The notes: a model not told the origin generated them from the sequence alone. 64,000 nt of DNA from Draconibacterium orientale (GCA_020718275.1 DYSI01000001.1:23574-87573); one strand, 5' to 3'; positions 8,737-17,210 are shown, counted from the stretch's first letter. Made by a program: numbers and translations.

Positions 8737-9118
8737 TTCCGTACATTATTGAGCCAGGGTTATCGTCTGTGGTAGCAGCCACTGGCAGGTTAGGCATAAT
8801 TTTGCCGCCGGCTACCTGTTCGAGCCATCGGGTTGCCGCATCGTAGCGAAGCTGGCGAACCTCCATGCCCATGCGTTGTGGCAGCTTTGCAAAAAGATGG
8901 TATAGCGTGATATCGGCGAGATACATCACGATAGCCTGATTTCGCTGCGCCCCTGAAGCTGAGAAAATAGCATCGGTATTGAAGCGGCCATTGAGGTACG
9001 ACTTCATTTGGTCGATAGCCATAGCCTCCGAGGAACTCCGGAGCGAGGGTTCGCAGTTCTGAACCACCTTGAGTTGAATGTCGTCTATGATGACGTTAAA
9101 ATCTTCAATTGTAAGCAT
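8708..9118 (-). CDS. Mu gp36 / DUF1320-like head-associated protein (136 aa)
   Basis: Small ORF between TerL and the portal, overlapping the portal start by 29 nt. The pattern (AMAIDQMKSYLNGRF ... IVMYLADITLYHLF) resembles the gp36-like family. Confidence 0.4.
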   Translation of the reverse strand: MLTIEDFNVIIDDIQLKVVQNCEPSLRSSSEAMAIDQMKSYLNGRFNTDAIFSASGAQRNQAIVMYLADITLYHLFAKLPQRMGMEVRQLRYDAATRWLEQVAGGKIMPNLPVAATTDDNPGSIMYGSDSPNSYNW

Positions 9119-9120
9119 GA

Positions 9121-10629
9121 TTAATAATTTGAATAAGAAGCTGAGCGTTGGCCAAGCTCCGGTTTAAAGTTTTCGATACGAGTACGCTTTTGAATCAAGT
9201 AAATAGCCCCTTCGTCGGCATCAGGAGCATCATCGGCCACACGGCTGCCTTTTTCGATAGCGAGCGTTTGCTCAATACCGCGAAGCATATCGGGGTCGTT
9301 TTGTTCGTCGATATTATAAGTAATAAATCCGCGTTCCCAGAGTGGGCTAATGGCTTCGATGCGCTGGAACTTATCGGGTTTTTTGCGATTGTCGGGGCGG
9401 ATAGGCAATTGATAGCTGCGAAGTTTACCCTCAGCTTCAAATTCATCTAAGAGGATGTCCTGATAAAATGAGGCCTCAATATAGTAATCACAAATAACTC
9501 CTTCAGGCAGCGACTCATGAAAGTCGTACCACCATTTAACCATTGAACTGACGGAAGCCTGCCGAACGAATGCTTTGATATGATGAAGCTGCGTTCCAAC
9601 TTTGCCCCATACTTTGATAGCCTTGTAGTCGTTTTTTGTGGTTCCCTTAAACGAGGGGTCGCAATATGCGATCATGTGGTCGTATTTTTTGAGCGAAAGC
9701 ATTTTACCCCACTTAATCCAGTCGTGTTTGAAAACCGCTCCTTCAGATACTGGGTTATTCATATACTCCTTTTGAAATCGGCGCTCGCCCATGAACTCCC
9801 GAACCTTTTGAATTTCCTCAACGGTGTATTTTTCGCTCCAGCTTGGCTTGCCATTTTTATCAATCGCGTTAACCTGAGTAACAAAAACGTCAGGGCGTTC
9901 AGCGATGCTAGATAGAATACAAAATTTCGCAATTTGGTTGCCAACTACGATAAAGCGGCCACGCCACATATCCATGGTGCCGCCTAATGCTTCGATACAC
10001 CAGTCGGTTGCTTTTCTTACCCTCTTTTCGTTTTCCACCAATTCGTCATCGTCAATATCGTCAATAACGATATAGTCGGGGCGTTTGCCCCGCTCTTTGA
10101 TACCTCTGGGAGATTGAGAGCGGCCAACAGCCATGAACATGCAGCCATCCTGCGTGTGAAACTCTCCATCTTGCCAGCTGCCATGATTGAATTGAACGCC
10201 ATAGTCGTGAATATAACGTTGGTTGTGTCCGAACTCGGCCTGAAGGTCGCCAAGTAGCCTGATTGCTGCATCTTCAGATTTTGAGGCCAGCAGCATTACA
10301 TTGATTTGTCGGGGCTCTTGAATTTTGAGCCACATAGGAATCATCACTCCCATGTGGGTAGACTTAGCATGTCCACGCGCCCACTTAAATACGGCCTTTA
10401 GATTGGGAGTTGTAAGGATTTTATTTGCCGCTTTAATGTGAAATTTAGCTGATGGCGTATTGGCAAAGTGCGGGAAGTAATAGCTTACAAAAAAGGCATA
10501 GTCCTTTCGGGCCCTGCTTAATCGGGACTGCTTTTGGCCAGGGGTTTCATTAAAATTAACCGCTGTTTTGTCTTGGATATTTTTACAATGCTCCTGCCAC
10601 TTTTTATATGCCGCGTCTAAATTTGACAT
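9121..10629 (-). CDS. Terminase large subunit
   Basis: 502 aa. Walker-A-like KWARGHAKST, Walker-B-like PDYIVIDDIDDDE, and a C-terminal nuclease-like region. It lies upstream of the portal. Confidence 0.85.
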   Translation of the reverse strand: MSNLDAAYKKWQEHCKNIQDKTAVNFNETPGQKQSRLSRARKDYAFFVSYYFPHFANTPSAKFHIKAANKILTTPNLKAVFKWARGHAKSTHMGVMIPMWLKIQEPRQINVMLLASKSEDAAIRLLGDLQAEFGHNQRYIHDYGVQFNHGSWQDGEFHTQDGCMFMAVGRSQSPRGIKERGKRPDYIVIDDIDDDELVENEKRVRKATDWCIEALGGTMDMWRGRFIVVGNQIAKFCILSSIAERPDVFVTQVNAIDKNGKPSWSEKYTVEEIQKVREFMGERRFQKEYMNNPVSEGAVFKHDWIKWGKMLSLKKYDHMIAYCDPSFKGTTKNDYKAIKVWGKVGTQLHHIKAFVRQASVSSMVKWWYDFHESLPEGVICDYYIEASFYQDILLDEFEAEGKLRSYQLPIRPDNRKKPDKFQRIEAISPLWERGFITYNIDEQNDPDMLRGIEQTLAIEKGSRVADDAPDADEGAIYLIQKRTRIENFKPELGQRSASYSNY

Positions 10630-11135
10630 TACATGTAGCGTTGAATTGTTTTTATTAAGGAGTACATTAAGTTCTTATACCCTTGGCCGGTGGCATAGCC
10701 GGCCTTTACAAGCTCATCTGTAAATTTGTAGGGGTCTGCCGCCACAAGCATGGCTTTGAAATAGCGCCTGTTTTTGATTAGAAATTCGGCATGATCGGTA
10801 AAGCTCTCTTCAGGGGTTTCGTACTTACGGAAGTAGGCATATAGCTTGTATTTAAAAAATTTGATTCCTTTAATCATTACCGGCGTAACGCTTACAATTT
10901 TATTTTTTTTGAAATCGTCTGCTCTGCGGGAGTACTCAGTGGTTAGTATAAGCTGCTCATTGCCATTAATCCCGTCGGTATCTTTAATACCGAAAAACAT
11001 ATTACCGGGAGCCTTCTCGCCCCAGCCAGACTCCAGTGCCGCCTGGGCTAAAATTGCAACTGCGCTGATGCCCGTTTTTTCTTCCGTTAACAGCGCAAAG
11101 CGCTTGAATTGATTGACAAAAATTTGTGGTTTCAT
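10629..11135 (-). CDS. Endolysin candidate: GH73 N-acetylglucosaminidase (FlgJ-like)
   Basis: 168 aa. The motif AILAQAALESGWGEKAPGNMFFGIK contains the GH73 catalytic Glu context, and a downstream TEY/FRKY segment follows. It sits between the TerS-like and TerL genes. Confidence 0.75.
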   Translation of the reverse strand: MKPQIFVNQFKRFALLTEEKTGISAVAILAQAALESGWGEKAPGNMFFGIKDTDGINGNEQLILTTEYSRRADDFKKNKIVSVTPVMIKGIKFFKYKLYAYFRKYETPEESFTDHAEFLIKNRRYFKAMLVAADPYKFTDELVKAGYATGQGYKNLMYSLIKTIQRYM

Positions 11136-11139
11136 AGGT

Positions 11140-11595
11140 TTACTTATGGCTTATTTTTTCTGAAATGTATAGATCCTGAAATTTATTAATTGCTTTGGCG
11201 ACCTCGTTGGTTAGCTCCGGGTCAGTTGCCATGCGGGTCTGAGTCCACGCATTGAACTGCATAAAAACCTCAATATCGTCCACCACATTACTCTTTTTAT
11301 CAAGTTTTTCGATTGCGTTGGCCATCTTAGCCAGCTTATCGCCAAGCCCGTCAATATTATCCTCTGAGGTGGTTTCAATCAGCTCGGCAATTTTGGAGAG
11401 GATTTTATTAACTAGCTCCGGTTTGGTTATATTTTTAGCGGCTCGCATCTCCTTCCAATTGTTGTCCTCGATCCAATTTTGGAGCGTTTTTGGAGTAATG
11501 TCGACGCGGTCGCAAATTTCCTTCTGAAGGTTTCCGTTTAAGTATAGAATTTTAGCTAATTCTTTCTTCTGCAGCATGTTTTGTCTTGTGCCCAT
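11140..11595 (-). CDS. Terminase small subunit-like DNA-binding protein
   Basis: 151 aa. N-terminal helix-turn-helix-like segment (LQKEICDRVDITPKTLQNWIEDNNW). It is the first gene of the packaging operon, upstream of TerL. Confidence 0.55.
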   Translation of the reverse strand: MGTRQNMLQKKELAKILYLNGNLQKEICDRVDITPKTLQNWIEDNNWKEMRAAKNITKPELVNKILSKIAELIETTSEDNIDGLGDKLAKMANAIEKLDKKSNVVDDIEVFMQFNAWTQTRMATDPELTNEVAKAINKFQDLYISEKISHK

Positions 11596-11761
11596 ATTTG
11601 TTGTTTGTGCAAATATGCCCCAAAAAACAAGTTCATAAAAATGGACAGAATACCATATAAGCCGCGCTTATTATAATGCATATATAAATGATTATCATAT
11701 ATATAGGAATTGCGCGAGGGCAAAATATGAGTTTTATTTGCAGCTCAATACTTGAAAAAAC
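11596..11761. promoter_or_regulatory. Divergent late-operon control region
   Basis: 166-bp AT-rich gap between the two oppositely oriented late operons. It contains short palindromes (ATAAGC-CGC-GCTTAT around 11658-11672; ATATATA...ATATATAT 11682-11706). A near-consensus -7 box (CAtaTTTG on the minus strand, 11610-11617) is also present. Confidence 0.4.
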
Positions 11762-12751
11762 ATGGCAAAACCATTTCGACTATCAAACTCTAATCTTAAT
11801 GTGGATGGCTTCAGGGTACTCACCGCTGGAGGTGACTTTAAAAGGTTTAAACAAAACCCAATATGCCTATGGATGCACCGCCGCTATTTTGATGATCGCG
11901 ACCCCCTTCCCATTGGTAAATGGGAGCATTTTGAGGTAAAGGGCGATGATATTCTGGCCGTTCCAACGCTGGACACCAAAGACGACTTCGCCGTAAAAAT
12001 CGCCAACAAAGTGGAGCAGGATATTATAAGAATGTGCTCAATAGGCATTCGCGTAATAGAGGTGAGTGAAGATCCTAAGTTTCTATTGCCCGGCCAAACT
12101 CGCCCCACCATAACGAAGTGGGAACTTGTGGAGGCCTCGTTGGTAGATATAGGAAGGCACTCAGAAGCGTTAAGACTCTACGATGACAATTACCAACCAA
12201 TGGAGGAGGAAATGTCGTTTGCAATTTTGCCATTATTTGAAAGAAATCAATCCCAAAATCAAAATCAAAAAGAAATGAAACTAATTGCCCTTAAACTTGG
12301 CCTAAGTGAACAGGCCACCGAAAATGAAATTCTGAGCAAAATCGGAGAGCTTATGAGTTCTAAAAGTGCCAGTGATGTCAAAGCCGAAGAATTTAAGCTT
12401 CAGCTTCAAACAGCTCAAACAACCCTTAATGGGTTAAAGCAGGCAAAAATTGATGATCTAATAAATCAGGCGATGAGTGCCGGTAAGATTTCATCGGCCC
12501 AAAAAGAGCATTTTATGGCCTTTGCGGCGTCCAACTTTGACGCGGCCAAGCAAGTACTTGATACGATGGCGGCCACGAAGCCAATGAATGTTATTAAGCC
12601 AGGTGGCAGCAGTCACTCGGCAGATAATGCAGAAACCAAAACGTTCAGCGATCTTTTGAAAAAAGGAGCTGAAGCTGTTGAACTTTTCAAGGCCGAACAG
12701 CCCGAAGAGTATGCCCGCTTGTACCGCGAGGAGTATAAAATTAAACTTTAA
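11762..12751 (+). CDS. Prohead protease fused to scaffold-like C-terminus
   Basis: 329 aa. The N-terminal ~170 aa resemble prohead serine protease (LWMHRR ... CSIGIRV). The C-terminal half is a Q/K/E/A-rich coiled coil, as in scaffolds. It lies directly upstream of the capsid gene (compare Mu gpI/gpZ). Confidence 0.6.
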   Translation: MAKPFRLSNSNLNVDGFRVLTAGGDFKRFKQNPICLWMHRRYFDDRDPLPIGKWEHFEVKGDDILAVPTLDTKDDFAVKIANKVEQDIIRMCSIGIRVIEVSEDPKFLLPGQTRPTITKWELVEASLVDIGRHSEALRLYDDNYQPMEEEMSFAILPLFERNQSQNQNQKEMKLIALKLGLSEQATENEILSKIGELMSSKSASDVKAEEFKLQLQTAQTTLNGLKQAKIDDLINQAMSAGKISSAQKEHFMAFAASNFDAAKQVLDTMAATKPMNVIKPGGSSHSADNAETKTFSDLLKKGAEAVELFKAEQPEEYARLYREEYKIKL

Positions 12752-12761
12752 TCAATATCAA

Positions 12762-12798
12762 TCAGAAATCAAAATCAGAAATCAAAATGAAAATCAAA
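12762..12798. repeat. 13-nt tandem repeat (about 2.8 copies) across the capsid gene start
   Basis: TCAGAAATCAAAA at 12762-12774 and 12775-12787, then a partial TGAAAATCAAA. The ATG at 12787 sits on the repeat junction. Confidence 0.7.
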
Positions 12799-13851
12799 TT
12801 TTTAATGTCAGTTTTTGCCAGTATCATGCTAAGCCTGATCATTGGCGGAGTGGTTGGCCAGGTGTTAGACGTTAGCCCTGTTGCCGTGAGCGGTGGGCTA
12901 TTTGCGTTGAGCTTTTTGCCCCAAATTCCGGTCGGAAGTTTAGGGGCGGGAGTATTAGTAGAAGTATGGACCGGAGAGCTAGTAAAAAAGCTTAGAGAGG
13001 TTCCTACGTTTTTACAAAAAATCCCATCAAAGAATGATCTTGTAAATAACAACGTAATTCACATGGTGGATGTTGGCGCAGACCCTGCTGTTCTGATCAA
13101 TAACACAACTTATCCAATAGCAGTAGCAAGCAGAGCGGACGGCGATATTGCAATTTCCCTCCATAAATTTGAGACTGAGAATACTAAGGTAACAGATGAC
13201 GAGCTGTATAGTTTAAGCTATGATAAAATTGGAAATGTGATTGAGACGCATAAAGATGTATTAGCTGAGGGAGAGGCCGATAAAGCGCTGCACTCTTTAA
13301 GTCCAACTACCAACACCGCTGACACTCCCGTGGTGCCCACCACCGGTGCAAGCAATGGAGAAACCCAAGCCCGTAAGAAAATGATACCTGCAGATCTGAA
13401 AAACATGAAAAAAAGATTTGACGATCTTAAAATACCAAAGCTAAAGGGCTCTCGCGTTGCCGTGTTGAGCAATGATCATATCAGTGATCTTTTAGACGCC
13501 GATGAGAAATTTGCTAGCCAGTATAACATTGATACATCCAACGGCAAAATTCCATATTTGTATGGATGGGAAATTCACGAATACACTGAGGCTCCCATAT
13601 ACAGCGTGGTGGCCACAGTGCTAACAAAAAAGGCATTTGGAGCTGCGCCAGACCCGGTAAATGACCAAATAGGCTCAGTATTCTTCTTCGCTCCAAGAGC
13701 ATTCCAGGCAACCGGAGAAACTAAAATGTATTACTCAAAAGCGGAAGGTGACCCTCAGAACCGAGAAAGCGTGGTGGGCTTCCGTCAGTGGCACATTGCT
13801 CTACCCAAAAAATGGAAAGGGTTTGGCGCTATCGTATCAGCTAAAGTATAG
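12787..13851 (+). CDS. Major capsid protein
   Basis: 354 aa, located after the protease/scaffold and followed by a strong hairpin terminator. The core begins around VEVWTGELVKKLRE. The N-terminal ~45 aa are unusually hydrophobic, so the start is uncertain. Confidence 0.65.
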   Translation: MKIKFLMSVFASIMLSLIIGGVVGQVLDVSPVAVSGGLFALSFLPQIPVGSLGAGVLVEVWTGELVKKLREVPTFLQKIPSKNDLVNNNVIHMVDVGADPAVLINNTTYPIAVASRADGDIAISLHKFETENTKVTDDELYSLSYDKIGNVIETHKDVLAEGEADKALHSLSPTTNTADTPVVPTTGASNGETQARKKMIPADLKNMKKRFDDLKIPKLKGSRVAVLSNDHISDLLDADEKFASQYNIDTSNGKIPYLYGWEIHEYTEAPIYSVVATVLTKKAFGAAPDPVNDQIGSVFFFAPRAFQATGETKMYYSKAEGDPQNRESVVGFRQWHIALPKKWKGFGAIVSAKV

Positions 13852-13884
13852 GTCTTCATAGTTAGAGGTTAATATAGGTGGTGG

Positions 13885-13924
13885 AGTCCGGCTCTGCCGA
13901 AAGGTATCCGGACTTTATATTTTT
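13885..13924 (+). terminator. Hairpin terminator/attenuator after the capsid gene
   Basis: AGTCCGG (13885-13891) pairs with CCGGACT (13908-13914), followed by TTATATTTTT. Confidence 0.55.
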
Positions 13925-13935
13925 AAAAATTACCA

Positions 13936-14130
13936 ATGAACGACAAACTCATATCATCAGCATCAGGAACGCTGCTATCAGTAATAGGAATGACCACAGG
14001 GATACTATCAACCCAAAGCATATCAGAGGCCTTTATTCTTGGTATCATAGGCGGATTTGCCGGGTATATCTCTAAAAAAATAATAGATCTGATAATTAAA
14101 CTCATAACCGATTTAAAACGCAAAAGATGA
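13936..14130 (+). CDS. Small two-TM membrane protein, holin/antiholin-like (64 aa)
   Basis: Two hydrophobic segments (LLSVIGMTTGIL, AFILGIIGGFAGYI) and a highly charged C-terminus (DLKRKR). 4-nt overlap with the following holin-family gene. Confidence 0.45.
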   Translation: MNDKLISSASGTLLSVIGMTTGILSTQSISEAFILGIIGGFAGYISKKIIDLIIKLITDLKRKR

Positions 14131-14558
14131 AAATTATAGACCTTATCTCCAGTGCATTTGTAAAAGAGGCGGGCAATACCATCGGCAATGTAATCGACGA
14201 TGTTGTAACCAACGATCAGGAGCGCATGGAAGCAAAAAAACAGTTGCTGGAGGTGGTAACTAAGTTTGCTACGGATATAAGTACTGCGCAGGCCAGTGTG
14301 CTAAAAACTGAGATGACGGGAACAAAGCTTCAGCGCAATTGGAGGCCAGTGGTGATGCTAATGTTTGCGTTCATAGTAGTATATGAATATTTTATGGCAC
14401 CAGTGTTTGGTCTACCCAAGTCTAATTTACCTGAAGCATTTTGGAGTTTGTTGGAAATTGGATTGGGGGGCTATGTGATAGGAAGATCGGTTGAAAAAAT
14501 AACCAACAGCGTGAGTGAAAATTGGAGTACCATACCAAAAAAACGTAAAAATGAATAA
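14127..14558 (+). CDS. Holin, 3-TM 'GTA-type' holin family-like (143 aa)
   Basis: The N-terminal soluble region is followed by LQRNWRPVVMLMFAFIVVYEYF and further hydrophobic segments. The LQRNWRP motif and layout match my recollection of the 3TM holin (DUF3154) family. Confidence 0.6.
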   Translation: MKIIDLISSAFVKEAGNTIGNVIDDVVTNDQERMEAKKQLLEVVTKFATDISTAQASVLKTEMTGTKLQRNWRPVVMLMFAFIVVYEYFMAPVFGLPKSNLPEAFWSLLEIGLGGYVIGRSVEKITNSVSENWSTIPKKRKNE

Positions 14559-14838
14559 AGCAGCATTAGGCAAGATTGCGCAGGACTACATGAGGCGCAA
14601 CAAAGTTGAAAAGGTGTACGCCACAGAAGATGGCACGCTTTTTTTGAAGCCGAATCCGGCAAATAGTCATAAGAATACCGTTGGCGGCGAAGTGCATGAG
14701 CTTGTTTTGGATATTGAAGCTGAAGCAAAAGCACAAGCGGCAAAGGAAGCCAAAGAAGCTGAAGCAAAAGCACAGGCGGAGAGACAACCGAAAAAGTTAA
14801 AACACAAAAAGGAGGAAAATAATGTTACCAGATATTAG
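14551..14838 (+). CDS. Hypothetical phage protein with E/A/K repeat tail
   Basis: The ATG at 14551 (overlapping the holin stop) is preferred over the upstream start at 14515. The C-terminus EAEAKAQAAKEAKEAEAKAQAE is encoded by a 26-nt near-repeat (14716-14741 and 14755-14780). Confidence 0.4.
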   Translation: MNKAALGKIAQDYMRRNKVEKVYATEDGTLFLKPNPANSHKNTVGGEVHELVLDIEAEAKAQAAKEAKEAEAKAQAERQPKKLKHKKEENNVTRY

Positions 14839-16048
14839 AATAGAAAAAGAACAGGGCTTAGGCCGTCGCACGCCAAGCAGCGACATGGTGGTAGGCTTGG
14901 TAATGGGCGGAATATCCACCGCAGCATACGCCACACTTGGCGCCACAGTAGAACTTCGAGGCGTAAGCGATGCCAAGGCCTTAGGCTTTACTGCAGCCTA
15001 TGACGAAGCTAATAAAGTATTAGTATATCACCATATTGAGCGCATATTTGTGCGAAACAAAAGTGCGAAAGTGTATCTGAAGGTGGTGGCCCAAACGGTT
15101 ACGTTGGCCCAAATGGCTGACGTTACGTTGACCCATGTAGCGGGCCTATTGCTTGACGCCAAGGGAGAAGTAGGAGTTGTGGGCATTGCGCTTAACCCCG
15201 GTGCCGGCTATACAGAAACCCTAATAACGGGACTAAGCTCTGATGTAGTGGCAGCGATACCCAAAGCTCAAGCATTGGTAGAATCAGAGTTCACGAGGCA
15301 TCGTCCGGTGTTTGTGGTGATAGAAGGTCGCCATTTTAACGGCACGTCAGCGGCAGCGCTTGATTTGCGTAGCAAAGAAGCTGAAGGAGTGGCAGTGGTG
15401 ATAGCGGCAGATTATAGTATAAGCCAAAAAGAAATTGGTGGCACCAAGCCATATCAATACTACGCGGCTATAGGAGATACGCTCGGAATGATTAGCGCGG
15501 CCAAAGTGAATGAGAATATTGGATGGGTAGGTAAATTTCCGTTAACCGATACTTCGTTAGGCATGTTTGTAAAGGCAGCCTTGAGTAGCAGCTTAGCTAT
15601 TGAAACCTATGAAGCAGATTATGCAACCCTTCACGATAAAGGATACATTTTTGCAAAACCCCATACTGGCAAAACTGGTTACTACTTTAATAGTAGTCCA
15701 AGCTGTGCAGCAATGGATCAGGATGAGGCCTATATTGAAAATGCCCGCTGTCTTAATAAAGGAGCAAGGCTTATTAGAACCTCTACCCTTGATGCTTTGA
15801 ATAGCCCTGTGCTATTGAATGAAGATGGCACGGTACAGTCAGTAGTGATAGGAGCTCTGGAAGCTATGGCCGAGGAAGGCCTTAGCCAGATGCAGCGCGG
15901 TGGAGAAATCAGCAATTTTGACGTATATATCGATCCAGAGATTGTATTCTTAGAAAACGAGGAATCGTTGGACGTAGAATATAGTTTGCAGCCGGTTGGA
16001 GTACTGAGAGAGCTGAAGGGAAAAATCAAATTAGTAGCAAAAATTTAA
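14822..16048 (+). CDS. Tail sheath protein (by size and position)
   Basis: 408 aa, directly upstream of the tube-sized gene, the chaperone pair and the tape measure. Confidence 0.55.
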   Translation: MLPDIRIEKEQGLGRRTPSSDMVVGLVMGGISTAAYATLGATVELRGVSDAKALGFTAAYDEANKVLVYHHIERIFVRNKSAKVYLKVVAQTVTLAQMADVTLTHVAGLLLDAKGEVGVVGIALNPGAGYTETLITGLSSDVVAAIPKAQALVESEFTRHRPVFVVIEGRHFNGTSAAALDLRSKEAEGVAVVIAADYSISQKEIGGTKPYQYYAAIGDTLGMISAAKVNENIGWVGKFPLTDTSLGMFVKAALSSSLAIETYEADYATLHDKGYIFAKPHTGKTGYYFNSSPSCAAMDQDEAYIENARCLNKGARLIRTSTLDALNSPVLLNEDGTVQSVVIGALEAMAEEGLSQMQRGGEISNFDVYIDPEIVFLENEESLDVEYSLQPVGVLRELKGKIKLVAKI

Positions 16049-16057
16049 ATTTGAGAT

Positions 16058-16483
16058 ATGAATAATGTACCGATAATAAACGGACAGAGCTATGATTGGG
16101 CATCGATAGATTTCCAGTTGTTAGGCGCTAAGGTGCATGGAGTAACCTCCATAGAATACTCTGAAAAGCAAGACAAGGTGAATAACTACGGAAGTGGCAG
16201 CGAGCCAAGTTCAAGAGGCCGCGGCAAAGTAGAATATAGTGGAAAAATCAGTCTTGAGGAAAAAGAAGTGCGCAGAATATTAGCCGCTATGCCAAAAGGT
16301 AAGAACCTACGGCATATACCACCATTCACTATAACGGTGGGTTATTTGGTGGGGACCCAACCCATTACAGACCAAGTACTGCTGTGTGAGTTTACGGGAC
16401 AATCTATTAAAACCAAAACAGGCGACACCGGTATTGAAAATGAGTTGGAGCTTGTAGTTGGCGGAATCAAGTGGGGGAGATAA
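16058..16483 (+). CDS. Tail tube protein (by size and position)
   Basis: 141 aa, lying between the sheath candidate and the tail assembly chaperone. Confidence 0.55.
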   Translation: MNNVPIINGQSYDWASIDFQLLGAKVHGVTSIEYSEKQDKVNNYGSGSEPSSRGRGKVEYSGKISLEEKEVRRILAAMPKGKNLRHIPPFTITVGYLVGTQPITDQVLLCEFTGQSIKTKTGDTGIENELELVVGGIKWGR

Positions 16484-16514
16484 ACTAAAGTTTAAATTTA
16501 AAAGATAAAATACT

Positions 16515-16862
16515 ATGTCAAAGAATGAAAAAACAGTAGCAGAACTACTCGCCGGTGGAGTGACCCCGGCACAAATAAGTCAGTGGAAGAGGGAGCATGG
16601 AGATGTATTCAGAGTATCGGTTCCTGGGGCTGACAGTAACGGAGTATCAACGGGGTATTTTCGTAAGCCAAGTTTATCAATCATAGGAGCCGCAAGCCGA
16701 TATGTAACGAGTGACCCAATTAAATTTGGGGAGATAGTATTCAACGGTTGTTGGCTGGGTGGAGATCCCGAAATGCAGCACGATGACGAAACAAGAGTAA
16801 GCTGCATGGGTAAGCTGAGCGAGCTGTTCAAAATCAGGGAGGCACAACTGGAAAAGTTGTAG
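16515..16862 (+). CDS. Tail assembly chaperone (gpG-like short form)
   Basis: 115 aa, immediately before the tape measure. Ends at TAG 16860-16862. The -1 frame is open from 16814 to 17065. Confidence 0.6.
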   Translation: MSKNEKTVAELLAGGVTPAQISQWKREHGDVFRVSVPGADSNGVSTGYFRKPSLSIIGAASRYVTSDPIKFGEIVFNGCWLGGDPEMQHDDETRVSCMGKLSELFKIREAQLEKL

Positions 16863-17065
16863 AGGAATTCGGAATAGATGATCGCGACGAATTCGACACC
16901 TATCAGAAGGCCGAAGCGCTGATAAGAGCAAATTTTGGAGTTGATCCAGCAGAAATAGCTGAGGAAAAATGGGCCGAGCATTTGCAGCAGGCAATCTGGT
17001 TAGAGAAATGGCGATTACGGATGCAGGCTAAGATGCTCAGCTCTTTGTTTGGAGGGAAAAGTTAA
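16814..17065 (+). CDS. Candidate -1 frameshift extension of the tail assembly chaperone (gpGT-like long form)
   Basis: ATG-less open frame (EEFGIDDRDEFDTYQKAEALIRANFGVDPAEIAEEKWAEHLQQAIWLEKWRLRMQAKMLSSLFGGKS). It overlaps the last 16 codons of the chaperone. An A-rich GGAAAAG lies at 16850-16856 just before the stop. Confidence 0.45.
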   Translation, partial: AERAVQNQGGTTGKVVEEFGIDDRDEFDTYQKAEALIRANFGVDPAEIAEEKWAEHLQQAIWLEKWRLRMQAKMLSSLFGGKS

Positions 17066-17160
17066 AGGTCGAAGTCGTTTTTGATAAGATTAGCAAAAAA
17101 AGCAATCCCAAAAGCGACTGCTAAAATAATACCTATGATAGCTCCAGCATCCAAAAACAT
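17062..17160 (-). CDS. Small antisense-oriented single-TM peptide (32 aa), below the ORF-track cutoff
   Basis: My own translation is MFLDAGAIIGIILAVAFGIAFFANLIKNDFDL. It occupies the gap between the chaperone and the tape measure, on the opposite strand. It is preceded by a perfect TAnnTTTG box. Confidence 0.35.
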   Translation of the reverse strand: MFLDAGAIIGIILAVAFGIAFFANLIKNDFDL

Positions 17161-17179
17161 AATTATAAGATTTAGAAAG

Positions 17180-17187
17180 CAAAATTA
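17180..17187 (-). promoter_or_regulatory. Bacteroidota-type -7 promoter box (TAATTTTG) for the small minus-strand ORF
   Basis: The minus strand reads TAATTTTG, 19 nt upstream of the ATG at 17160. It matches TAnnTTTG exactly. Confidence 0.35.
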
Positions 17188-17210
17188 AAACAAATTAAAC
17201 TAGAAGTCAA

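Noticed and set aside
14716-14780. 26-nt near-repeat (GAAGCTGAAGCAAAAGCACArGCGG) as a possible regulatory repeat
   Set aside because: It lies inside an ORF and simply encodes a low-complexity EAEAKAQA repeat. There is no evidence of a separate function.
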